A stretch of DNA of 62,000 nucleotides from Wallemia ichthyophaga EXF-994 (Eukaryota > Fungi > Basidiomycota): positions 322,592 to 384,591 of the forward strand of contig NW_008806278.1 of assembly GCF_000400465.1 (NCBI RefSeq), written 5' to 3'. Shown here piece by piece: positions 1 through 11,501 of the stretch (position 1 is the first letter of the stretch; every line of letters begins with the position of its first letter). Under the pieces are notes generated by a model. The model saw nothing but the letters and a program-made list of their open reading frames with translations, had not been told where the DNA came from and ran no database searches. The translations under genes were made by a program, and so were the position numbers.

Positions 1-2
1 CC

Positions 3-482
3 GAAAAGAAAGGCTTTGACAATATAATGGCACTTAATGTGAAAGCAACGTTTTACATGATTGTCGGTTTGGCAGACCTGTTGGCTAAGGGGAAGAGCAA
101 CATCGAGCCAGCGCACGTTGTGAACGTGTCATCTGTGGCCGGAGTGGTTACGAGTGCTCAATCTGGTGGACTTGTATCGCCAGATGCGGGCTCGTGGTCT
201 TACGGCGCTAGCAAGGCAGCTCTCAATCATCTCACCAAGACGCTCGCACAGACTCTGAGCAGGAAACATATCATGATCAATGCTGTGCTGCCTTCTGTGT
301 TTGAAACGCGTATGACTCGCCACGCCGTCGCGGATCACATGGACGAACTCCTGTCTAGTCAGCCCACAGGCCGCCTAGGACAGGACAGCGACATTGCTGC
401 AACCCTTCTCTTCTTGGTGAGCAGGGGCAGCTCGCATGTCACTGGTAATCTTATCGTGCTCGATGGCGGCTCGACATTGTAG
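3..482 (+). CDS. Short-chain dehydrogenase/reductase, C-terminal part (5' end outside window)
   Basis: Frame open from window start. NVSSVAG, catalytic YGASK (YxxxK), INAVLPS and GNLIVLDGG SDR motifs. Confidence 0.9.
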   Translation, partial: EKKGFDNIMALNVKATFYMIVGLADLLAKGKSNIEPAHVVNVSSVAGVVTSAQSGGLVSPDAGSWSYGASKAALNHLTKTLAQTLSRKHIMINAVLPSVFETRMTRHAVADHMDELLSSQPTGRLGQDSDIAATLLFLVSRGSSHVTGNLIVLDGGSTL

Positions 483-1831
483 ATCACCAATGCAAATACC
501 GAAGAAGTAAGTGTATTCTTGAATTAATGTATATCATTCTCGAAATTCGGGTGTAATTTTCACCTATGACGTATTCGTCATAGCACCGCAACGACTGGAA
601 ACCTGAGAAATCTGGATATCGTTTGTAGCAGGTTTCTTCACGAGCCATTCAAGAGTGCGCCTATAGTATGTAGCATTGTATAGCGCTCGGTGCTCGTCAA
701 ACCAGATGTGGCATGTCGCAGGGAGCGTAATTTGGTTGCTTGAAAAGCTCTTTAGACAATATCCTGCCTTCCACTACTCCAACGTGGCCTAAATCACCTT
801 CACACCCGCATTATTTGAAATCTCGAAATGCATCAGGTGAAAAGCCAAACCCCAATTTCAGAGTTGGCCTGACCCCCTCGTTTCTTTAAATTAAGTGTAC
901 CCAATAGGCGTGGGATGATCCGGTATGACAGTACTTTTTCCCTGGAGCCATATTTGAGTCCTGTAGACGCTACTTGTCGGAAACGTAAATCGCGTCGACA
1001 AGGTTGATCACTCAATCTTTCTGGGTTCTTGGGGTCTCTATAAGTCCGAGAAATTTTATGCATCAATTCCTTGCCTAGAATCCTCCATACACATCCTATG
1101 CGTAGTAAAGAGTGATGTCGGATTGCAACTTTTGAACATCCTACAGTGCGCGATTGAATCCTCAGGGATATAAATCTGGCATTATCTTATAAAAAGTATT
1201 CGGGGCTGTTTGTGAAGTAATTTTATTCGGAGATCATTAAAACTCGTAAATCAGTCATCTGAGATTAGATAGTTGATATGGGCGAGATCCAACTCGTTGA
1301 ATATCTAGCGGAGAGTCGAGAAAAGATTTATTTGGAATGCTAAAGGCTGTATGAAAACGATGATTATTCTGAAATGTTCAAACTGCCAGTATACGGCTTC
1401 GCTGAGTTCAACCTTGCACTTTTTTGGCCATTTGCAGAGTGATCTGAATATATCTATTTTGATAAGTTCTTACGCCTTATTAAAATTGTTTATGGACTGT
1501 TAAACCCCTCTGCTATCTCTTAGACTCGTTTTGAGGTATGTGATGCGAATCCGAATTGCAACTTAATGATAGAAGAATAAGATAAAACAAAAAGGACGAA
1601 ATTCAGCAGAAAATCGAAGCGTTTGCTTTATTACTCATCCCTGTCTGCTCAAACGCGTGGGCAACGCACCTGCAAACATTTCACACCACGCGGGGAAAGC
1701 AATGCTATGGAAACCTCATTTTACACTTTTAACACGGTGAAAGATGAATTTTCTACGTTACAAGTTACACCTATCTATTTTATCAACTGCTTTCGTCAAT
1801 CCGGACGTTATTTTAGTCGTTATAAGTTTGA

Positions 1832-2752
1832 TTACCTGGCAACGCCAACTAATTCGGCCTTAGAGAATTCACCGGTTGGCTTTTGTTCCCATCGGTGCTT
1901 AGTTGGAGTTTTTTCTATCGTAACTGGAGATGGGACTTCTTCTGGTGCCTTCTTAGAGTTGAGGTTGCTGAGGTATAATGTCCACAAGACACCACATGAA
2001 GCGGTAAATGGTACTCTGAAGCTTAAAGGAGCTTAGCAAGGATGCTTTCATAACCATATCCACTTACGCCAATGGACAGAATCGGAAGTTAACCAATTGG
2101 ATCAAAGGCCAAACCTTCCAATTTGCAAGGATTGCTGGGAGGAACAGGTCTTCGTACTTGTTTTTTAACTCTCTAAGGGACTTCCCTTCGAGTACACCAA
2201 TGGTGCCAATGAAAGCGGTAAGCTGAATGTTGTGAGTGTGACGTCATCGGATATGGATGCGACTTACACCGAACGGCGCCCTGTTTGAAGTTTGAGACTG
2301 TTATAGGCGTGTAATCAACCAAAATACTTACATCGCTGACTGATCCACACCGACCCTAGTGAAAAGCATCCTGAGACTTATTGGAGTATGCGGAAGTGCG
2401 CCAGGGCCTTTAAGAGGAAATCTCTTTTCCAAGAACTTGTTCCAGTAGTTGAGAGGAGTTCCCATGGCAGCACCGAAGATAAAGAAGTTTGCAGTTCTTC
2501 TTGGGTTCCACTTCCGCTGTTGATTATCATCCATTTCTGGCTGTATTGAGGATAAGAAACGCGTGTATAATGTGAATATCGCCTACATTAATAGTTTGTG
2601 CGATGGTATCTGCCATAGCGGATAGCGAACCGTTTGTTAATGATAGCGTAAGGTTAGGTCTGCGATTGAAGGAGGACTGTGGATTACAAGGAGTAAGATA
2701 GGAATAGATTAGATTAATGACGAACTTGATAAGCTTTAGCGAACGCTGCCAT
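1832..2752 (-). CDS. SYM1: Mpv17/PMP22 family membrane protein (SYM1-like), spliced
   Basis: Manual splicing gives MAAFAKAYQ|SSFNRRPNLTLSLTNGSLSAMADTIAQ...WNPRRTANFFIFG...WNKFLEKRFP...RVGVDQSAM|APFG|...ILANWKVWPLIQLVNFRFCPL..FRVPFTASCGVLWTLYLS. Typical Mpv17 motifs. The 3' end could be spliced further. Confidence 0.85.
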
Positions 2753-2947
2753 TTTACTATGTGTTGGTTGTACAGATGCAGGATGGGATGATGACGACGA
2801 GTACAAAGTAAGAAATAAGCTCAGGTTAAGCCAAATTGAAATACAGCTAAAATAGCTTGGTAAAATTCAATTATCTTGTTTACGCGTCTGCCACTCTCAA
2901 GCACTCAAACCACCAACAACAATTCAACTGAGCGATATTGATCGACT

Positions 2948-5409
2948 ATGCACGCAGCCACATCCGGAAATAATACAAATTCACCGAAAGCATCTAGCAG
3001 AGAGGATTCTCGCCGCATTGCTCGCGTACATTTCAACCTTTTATCAGAATTCTTAGACACGCATTTAAGAAAGGAGTCTCACTCTTCTAGAACTTCTGCC
3101 AGAGACAAGCTCACCAGGCTTACGCGTCAGCAATTTCAGGAATTGTCCACCGATGTCTTTGACGAGCTGCAGAGGCGCTTTGACGGCGAAGAAGATTCAA
3201 CCCCGCGCTCTAGTAAATCTGACAGCATAGACAAGACTTCTGCAACCCCTTACCTCCCCACAAAAGCCGAATTTCATCCCAAGCGTAACCAGGCCAGGCA
3301 AAAACTTGCAACTCTCCCAAAGACGCGTTTCAAGGATCTGGCTTCCGATGTCTACTTTGAACTTGTTAGGAGATATCCTGAGTTAATGGATGAGCAGGAA
3401 CAGAAGGTCGATAAGAACAAGGTCGATGAGCAGCTTGTCGATATGGAAATTGAGTTTGGCGGTGAAAATCTCAACTCTACCGAAAAGCACAACAGCATTC
3501 AATCTTCGCGTAAATCTACAAACAGCTTATCAAACGTCGATCCATTTAGGGATCCAATTGAGCGTAATCATGCCGGTAATGAGGCCTTGTTTGTTCAAAA
3601 CACAGAATCTGCGGGCGCAGATCTCAAAAGAAATAGCTCTCTGGCTTCAACATCATCCTTACCATTCACTAAATCGACCCCGAGGCACTCAACCTTATCT
3701 GTATCTGTTCTCCAAGAAAAAAACGAACAGCCAGATCTGCCGCTTCCCCCTACGATAGACCGTAGTCGCTACAGCCACGACGGTCTAAGGGTGGACAGCA
3801 TAGACGACGCAGGCGAAAGAAGCACTCGTAGTATTAGCTACAGCTCTGTACCAGACACTAATACCCACATTACCCACCTCGATGTGAGTCTATATCCGAC
3901 TGCTTACCTTATCTTTAACACAAACAGTCTTTCGCCAACACAGATTCCCATCAACCATCTATTCCCGAATATGACAATTCAGCAGAGGACTTTGAACCTC
4001 CACAATCCACTAATCAAAGTCTATCAATCGCACCTGACACTGACAATCATAGTAATCAGCACAAAACGGCTTCTTCATCTTTCTTCAACGACGCTTCACT
4101 GAATGATTTCAAGGAGTCGTTGGAGAATGATATGAGAAATGAATCTAAAAGAGACTTTGTTAGTGACTCTAACAAGAAGGACGTTGAAGAGCACCAAGAA
4201 CAGCCAGAGCACCTCGAGCATTCACGGGATGAAAGCCCACCCAGAGAAGAACATGTTGATGGAGGTACTCCGCCACTCTTCTATCCTCCGCCTAGACCCG
4301 CAGCAGCAGCCTCTTCACCTCTTCGCATGGCATTTGATAGCGGTGAAGCAGACAGACTGAAACTCAATTTTGCACATAAGGAGTCAAAGTTTGAGAGAGA
4401 AAGGGATGAACTTAAGAGTCATGTTGGACGGCTGATAGAGGAGGTCAAAAATCTCAGCGAAAGAGAAGAGTCTCACTATATGGCTGAGGAGCAAAATAGA
4501 GATTACATCCACTCTCTTGAAATACAGCTAAAGGAGCTCAGAGATAGGTTTGGTCTGGTTAAGTCAGAGCTAGATAGGTTCAAGCGTTCGAGTGGGCTGC
4601 AGCCGCCATTGCCTGATAACAATGCCGCCAATATATCAATAAACGAACATGGTGCAATTGCATTCGAGTCGCTTACAGGGCTGCAGACTGCGATTGATGA
4701 TCTCATTGTTGCTGGTAGATCTACATCTCCATCACTCGTCCTGAACGTCATGAAGCCAATCGTCGGCTTTGTTATATCGATACAAAGCGATACTGAAACG
4801 TGGCAAAACAGCGCTGGAAAGGCAGAAAGGGATCGTATCAATGTACCGAAAGAAAGATTGATCGCTACGCTAGACAATATGATGACAGCGACACACAATC
4901 ACGCAATGGGTGGTGGACTTTCGCCAATCTCACTGCTCGATGCTGCAGCGTCTCATGTTGCAATGTCAGCAATAGAACTGGCAAAGCTAATAGGTTTAAG
5001 AAGGCCGTTATCAGGCTCGACGGATGAAGAGATGGTGGAGGACGAGAATGTTGAGAGATCATGGGATGAGTGCAAGAAAGAAGTCGAGGAGCACTCCAAT
5101 AAAGTTACAGCAATGATAGAGCATGTCTTATCCTCTTCCCGACAACACCGCAATACTCGGCTACCAGACTTAAGCAGTTACCTCAACCAAATCATATCAA
5201 CTACATCGACAATAACGATAATATGCCAGCGTGTCAAGGAATCGAATGATATCTATAGGATAGAAACTATAGCCAACAACCTATCAAACTCTAATTCAGT
5301 CCTATGTGAATACTCGGGAGATGAGATCCTCGAAGGAGATACACGCAAAAGGCTGCTATCGACAATGATATCAGTCGCAAGTAATTTAAAAGATTTAATC
5401 AGAGTTTGA
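2948..5409 (+). CDS. SPA2: Spa2/GIT-family polarisome scaffold (two GIT/SHD-1 repeats, coiled coil, C-terminal GIT1_C-like domain)
   Basis: ARDKLTRLTRQQFQELSTDVFDELQRR and RNQARQKLATLPKTRFKDLASDVYFELVRRYP. A 44-nt intron 3884-3927 (GTGAGT...CAG) joins ORF 2948 to the frame of ORF 4120. Confidence 0.9.
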
Positions 5410-5597
5410 TGAATTGTAAATTGTGTTATACCCATATAGTATTAAGATTTTCACATTGGAATGAAGTATTCAGACTAGTGCGAAGATGGAACCAAATCGG
5501 GCAAGTTAGTAATATTCGATGAAGCGCTCGTTATCACAGACCAGCAAAAGAAGACCAAACCAAAGTTTGTTTACATACCCTATATCGACAACTTGGG

Positions 5598-7963
5598 ATG
5601 AAAAATTTGGCATCAACGATTCTATTGCTCGCCTTGGCGTGCTATGCTAATGCAGAGATATACGTAAGCTCAAAGATGCTATAAAAATGCACAAACTAAT
5701 TAGGTACAGCCAACGACTGCACCAGATGGAACAGTATCTGCCGTTGACAGCGAAAGCGGAGACATAGTCGAGCAAGGCTCGGCGACAGATGGTGGTTCTG
5801 ACGTAGCAGGAAAGCTTTTTGGAGCTTTTTCGCTCATAATCGGTCTTATTTTAGCGACGATTGGTCTACGTCAGCGCTGGAGAGTCGGTCCAGGTTTTAA
5901 CATTGGCTTGATTGCTGCTATGAGTGAGTAAGGGTGCATGGTCAGACAGTCAACTAATTATGCAGTCATATGGATCGTTTTTATTGACAATATTGGTAGA
6001 AATAGCTTATCAAACACCGAAAAAGGCTCTGATATCATCATATTTGTTGCAACCGCGGTGTGTGTGATTTGCCAAATTAAACACGGTCTCATAACGCGCG
6101 CAGGTGGTATTTTTAGTAGTAACGCTAGTGGTTGTTTTAGCACGCGGTGTCAAAGTTGGTCTCGCTCTTTACGCTCCCGTTGGATGTGAGTAGTGCGTTG
6201 GTTAGCTAGTTATTACAATGCTTATGTTTCAAAGTCACCGCTCTCGGTTTTCTTGCAACGCTTTTGATTCCTTCTAAAGCTTCAGAAGATCTATGGCCCC
6301 GCGCGCTTCTTGTTGGTCTCCTGGCTGGTATCGGATTGGCTTCATTCTTTTTCAAACAGACCAGAAGAGCAGGACAGGTATGTGATTGAAGATACACTCA
6401 ACCACTATCTAACACGAAATAGGCCCTTGGAATATCTTGGACAGGTCTCTTCTTGTTCTTCTTGGGTATCGACGTTCTTGTTGAATCTCCAGATGGGTTC
6501 AGCTTGGGACTTCGCAAGTTCTTCGATGGCAATATACACCATTATGTCGTGCGTTGTCATTGCGCTTGTACACTGCTCTGCTTACACCGCGCCAGGAACT
6601 TGAACGACCATATGAGCTCACAATACCGACAATTGTTATGAGCGTGATTGCTATAGCTTTGGGGCCATTCGTTGCCTTGGCTCAGCACAAACTGCACCCA
6701 TCGCCAGAACACCAATGGGGCACAGATGAAGACACTAATTCTGAAAAACGTTGGACGAAGAATAGTCGCTACAGACCTTCCCTTCCCGCTGCTACAGGAG
6801 TGATACACTACGGAGGCAGAAGTGAAACAGCATCGACTGCGTCGTCGATGACCTCGGTGAAAAAACCACAAATGTCTCAGAGACCACCACCGCCTGCTCG
6901 AGTTAGAACTAGGTCCTCAGCTATGACATTTGACAAGGTCGTTGAAAGTCCTCTGGAAGGAGACTTTGAAGGTGTACAGAAGCTGGGATACGCTAGTGGA
7001 GCAAGCTCTGACGACTCGCATGGTAACTCCTCGAACGAAAAGTCGCCTGTCGAGCCTGTTGTGGTTGAATTGAAAGATAGCGAGGCTAAGAAAGACAAGG
7101 AGGATGATCATATGAAGAAAGAAAATGTGAAGGCTGACGATGTCGAATCTAGTGAGAGTAGTGAAGAAGAAGAACACTCAACATACTCGCATTCGTCGTA
7201 CTCACCAACAAAGCGTGATTTATCGATACTTACGAAATCAAAATCACTCGCTCCGTCTCAGGTACCTTTGTCTCAAGCACAACTAGCGTCTCAAGCACAG
7301 CTGGCTCAGACACAAGCAGCTCAACTAGCTCAGACGCACGCTCAATTTGCAGATTCTAACAATCAGCTGAGCAGTGGTATTACACCATCTCAATCAATGC
7401 CCGAATCGAAATCGCGCGATCAGTCGCTAGCCTTTTCGCAATCAAACGTCTTCCCAGAATCACAGATATTCTCAACGAGAACAGATTCCATGGAAAAACC
7501 ATCAGCATCAGAAGATGCAGCATTGCAAGCAGCAGCAACAGGTGCAAGACAAAGACCAGCGGCACAGAGGACATTTGAGGACCCAGTGCTGTATGACAGC
7601 TATGATGCTATAAGCAAACTGGAGAGACATTTGTCGATGATAGTCGAAGATAGAGCGACAGAGAATGACCTGATGAGCCAAATGCCAGGATCACCATTCA
7701 CAGGACCAGCACCAAGAAGAGAGAGCGTGGCATCGCCAACAAAGTTAGTGGATTCACCCAGTATGTTGACAGAAAGTGCGACATTTTCACCTATACAATC
7801 AAACACGAATATCAACGGAGTAACGCTAACAGAAGCTTTAACGGATGAACCACGTGACGATAGACTTAAGGAGAGTATGGACGCAGTCAGTTTACATCCT
7901 AGTCTAATCGATGATGACGATTTTAATGTAATTTACAAGTATAGCAACGATAACAAGATCTAG
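5598..7963 (+). CDS. Signal-peptide, multi-TM protein (DUF4203 / TM7S3-TM198-like) with long low-complexity C-tail, spliced
   Basis: ATG 5598 MKNLASTILLLALACYANAEIY, intron, then VQPTTAPDGTVSAVDSESGDIVEQGSATDGG and several hydrophobic exons, ending in ORF 6554-7963. Family name from recalled similarity. Confidence 0.6.
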
Positions 7964-7995
7964 AATATATTGTTTCTTTTTGGTGAATAAATAAG

Positions 7996-8775
7996 TTAAA
8001 GCAAATCCTTCCAAGCGTTCTTTTCCTTCTTGATGGACTTTGAGCGTTTGCGTTTGAGTGAGGGGGAGCTACCTCTGCTGCTATCTGGAGTTTCAATTGG
8101 AGTTTCAACGGGAGGAGGTATATTATTTAATGGAGCAACGGCTGGAGCATTTTGAGCTTGTTGATACTTGAGGAGAAGCTTAACTCTGAAATACTCTTGT
8201 ATTGACAGATTGCTTTTGTTCTTCATCGTTGGAATTTCAGTGGGGGAATTCTCGCGAGAAGGGTCCGCCGTAGATGGTACGGAGCCATTGGCGTCTACAC
8301 CTAGAATTTCCCTCATTGCATCCTTATTGAGCTGAGATTTGGCGTTGCGGTACTTGGATCTCGATCTGAGTGGATAAGCGTGAGAGGAGGGGTATAGAGG
8401 TATGTACACGTACACGTTTTTAGAAGTGGAAGATGGTGGAGGAGTTGGAGTGGGAGTGGGAGTTGCCGTGGAAGTTGCCGCTGGGGAGGAAGCAGCACCA
8501 CCCTTATTAAGTTTAGCGAGAATGTTACCAAACTCAAGTCCCCCACTCCAATCATCCTTCTTCTTCATATCAGCGCCAATACCCATGGTATCAAACTTGT
8601 AAGAAGACTTGATAGCGTTCACGTTTCCCTGTTTTGCAGCGCCGAGACCAACTTGAGGATTCCAGCCGCTACTCGCTAACATTTTAAATCCAAATTTATT
8701 TTGATCATCCGCCCACTGGCGATTCCGAGGATCGTCTCGCAGCTTTTGCTTCTCTTTGCGTCCACCGAGGCCCAT
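7996..8775 (-). CDS. PXR1: G-patch protein PinX1/Pxr1 (rRNA processing, Prp43 cofactor)
   Basis: MGLGGRKEKQKLRDDPRN..W..D..KFGFKMLASSGWNPQVGLGAAKQG...DTMGIGA. Lys-rich tail. In-frame intron near 8360-8410. Confidence 0.85.
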   Translation of the reverse strand: MGLGGRKEKQKLRDDPRNRQWADDQNKFGFKMLASSGWNPQVGLGAAKQGNVNAIKSSYKFDTMGIGADMKKKDDWSGGLEFGNILAKLNKGGAASSPAATSTATPTPTPTPPPSSTSKNVYVYIPLYPSSHAYPLRSRSKYRNAKSQLNKDAMREILGVDANGSVPSTADPSRENSPTEIPTMKNKSNLSIQEYFRVKLLLKYQQAQNAPAVAPLNNIPPPVETPIETPDSSRGSSPSLKRKRSKSIKKEKNAWKDLL

Positions 8776-8866
8776 GGCAGTTGATAAGAAGCGCTTCAAG
8801 GGAAATTAAATGGAAAATTTTAAGAAGTTGAGCTTATAGAACAAGTGAAAATAAAGTTGAATATAT

Positions 8867-11388
8867 ATGTCCACATATCCGATGACGTTGACTCGTTTGA
8901 CTTGTACAATCAAGTTGATGGACAAACTTCGCGGACAGCATCAGCAAATATCTCGAATACTTAATGTGAGTGGCGCACTGTGGAATATTAGAATCTATAG
9001 ACTCAAATGGATTAGGCTGTGCAGGATATCCCTCAATTTAAGCCATTCGATGTTGAATTACCAGATCAGAACACACTCAAGCCATTTATCACCCAGCTAA
9101 AGGGAATACACGTTGATTTAACACACTTTGATGATAAAGGCTTGAAAGATGTCGCTAAGAACACCTCCAATAGGAAGCTGTCAAAAGAAGACACAGATTA
9201 CTTGCAAGTCGTTTTAGAGGCTATAACCGTCTTCGAATCAGCCACTCAACTTCATGATAAACATAGACTCAATCTTCATCTCACTCAATTACGCTTAAAC
9301 TGGATTGATCAGCATAAAAGATATTTAGAATTGTTGAAAATCTTCAGTTTTAACAACTCCAACGACTCATTGAGTATCGCCGTCGACATCCTCACTCTCT
9401 CCTCTAGCGCCGTTGATGAGATGATCGAATTGATTAAAGTTCCTGACTCATTCCTAGACGAGCAAGATAAACTCGAAAATTCACTCACACAGCTTATCAG
9501 TCTCATACAAACACACAAATCTCTCATTCATCACTTATTTCTCGATTCATGGCTTCAACTAGAGTCAAATCCCCATCCTTTCGCAGATTTAGCTGCTTTT
9601 GAATATATTATATCATCTGCAACTAATTACACTGCTTTACACTCTGAAATTTACAATCTTGTTGAGCTTCTCCAGCAAGTAAGACAACAGTCGAGCGCGA
9701 TGATTCATTTAAGTAATGAGTTTCATCGATTACTCGTATTATCACCATCACACGATGCTCTCTCAGCGTTTCAACAACTAGTTCAACAAATCAAAGTTCT
9801 TTCCAATCAGTCCTCGCCTTTGATTGCTCAGATCAACACAAAAGTGCAAAAGGACGCAAAGGAGTTTCTGTCTCAACTCAATTCAATGTACAGATGTTAT
9901 TTCAAAATAGCTGATATTAGAGACCGCGCATTCTCAACGCTCGACGACTCCAACACAATCGCTCAGCTACCTTCGCTTGAGCTCCACTCTAGTTTGGTGG
10001 AGGTTCTCGATCAGCTTCAGTGTGATACTCAGCCCTCTAAAGACCTCATGAACGAGAGTAGACAGACACTCGACCGAATGTTGGTGCTATCTCAACTGAG
10101 GAAAAAGATAGACGATGGCGACCACTTGTTGTCTCAAATGCTGAACGCCGTTGATGAGCAGAAACAGATAGATGATCTTCGGAGCTCATTCGAAAATATC
10201 ATAAAGGATATACAGAATTCACAGGATAAGCGTGTCTTGAGGCATATTGGCCGGCTCAGGACGACTTGCGAAGAGGTAATTGAGATGACAATGGACGATG
10301 ATTGCAATTCATCGTCCCAGCCGTCTAATAGACTAAGATCTAGCTCTATTGAATCCTCATCCAGCGCTTTCTCAGGTTTGAGTCTGGTAGATTACAACAG
10401 CCCTCGCGCGAGGAAATTGTCATCAAGCTCAACGCACAAGAAACTTTTCGACGCCACGCACGACGGAGATATACCGCCAGTGCCGGCTATCCCGAATATG
10501 AAAGACTGGTCCAAATCCTCACTCAATCTGCCAGGCCCGTCGCCGCGCAAGGCCAAACCAACGCTGGATGCACAAGCGCATGATACTACGCCGACGCGTA
10601 AGCATGACCTCACGAAAGCAACCAGGTCTAGCATATCACGTCGCACAAATCGGGCAGTGTCGACGCCCATGCCGCACAAGACGCAGTCAGATGCCAGTCC
10701 GAGTCAGAAGCGGATCTTGTCGACTTCGACATCAGCCTCGTCTCTCAAAACACCCGCTCCTGCTCCGACCACACCTTCCAAGGGGAATGGGAGTGGTAGT
10801 GGGAGGAAGAAGAGTTGGTCGTCGTCACACTCCACTAGATCGCCGCGCCCGAGCTTCAAAGTGGCGTATCGCGCCAATCCCAAATCGAAACTTGATTGTG
10901 AGTTTGTGTATTACTATAAGGGAGTGATGAAATAATGCTAATTGGATTACTCTAGTGGCTGTAGGGAAGGTGGTCAATTCGCTACCTCTGTCTGTCAACA
11001 TCGAGAGGGCTGTAATGGCGGCTACTGACGTGAAGAAGTCTTACGAGACTGGCAAGTACTGGATAGGCGCACCTGATCCAAAGCTGTGCTTCTGTCGGAT
11101 ACTCCGCTCTAACACGGTTATGGTTAGGGTCGGTGGTGGATGGGAGGAGCTTTCCAAGTGAGTTGGAGCGCGTGCGCGAGTAGTGCGCGGTTTGCTGACT
11201 CGAGTCGCAGGTATCTGCTCACACACTATGCCAACCTGTTCATGTCAACGTCTACGTCGACTTGGACGTCTACACCTCCAGATGCCGTCGTTACTCCTGC
11301 CAAGAATCGCAAAACAAACACCTTGTTTAGCCCCGCATCGGAAAACTCACCAACACCGTCGCCATATATGTCTCCCTGGAGAATATAA
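8867..11388 (+). CDS. GAS2 (GAR) domain protein with long helical N-terminal region, spliced
   Basis: C-terminal GKYWIGAPDPKLCFCRILRSNTVMVRVGGGWEELSK|YLLTHY is the GAR motif. Introns at 8966-9015, ~10899-10955 and ~11158-11210. Confidence 0.8.
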
Positions 11389-11501
11389 TAGTAAAACGGA
11401 ATGTACTTATTTGATCGCATACACCTGTACACCAATACGAGAAAAAAAAAATATTACATGATGAAGATAATACACAAGATACAAAGGAGAGAGAGATTCC
11501 G

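Noticed and set aside
1623-2036. 137-aa plus-strand ORF
   Set aside because: TTG start, antisense to the last exons of the Mpv17/SYM1 gene, no recognisable motif.
2239-2246. Perfect CRE palindrome TGACGTCA
   Set aside because: Lies inside a short intron next to the branch region; a single 8-mer is expected by chance.
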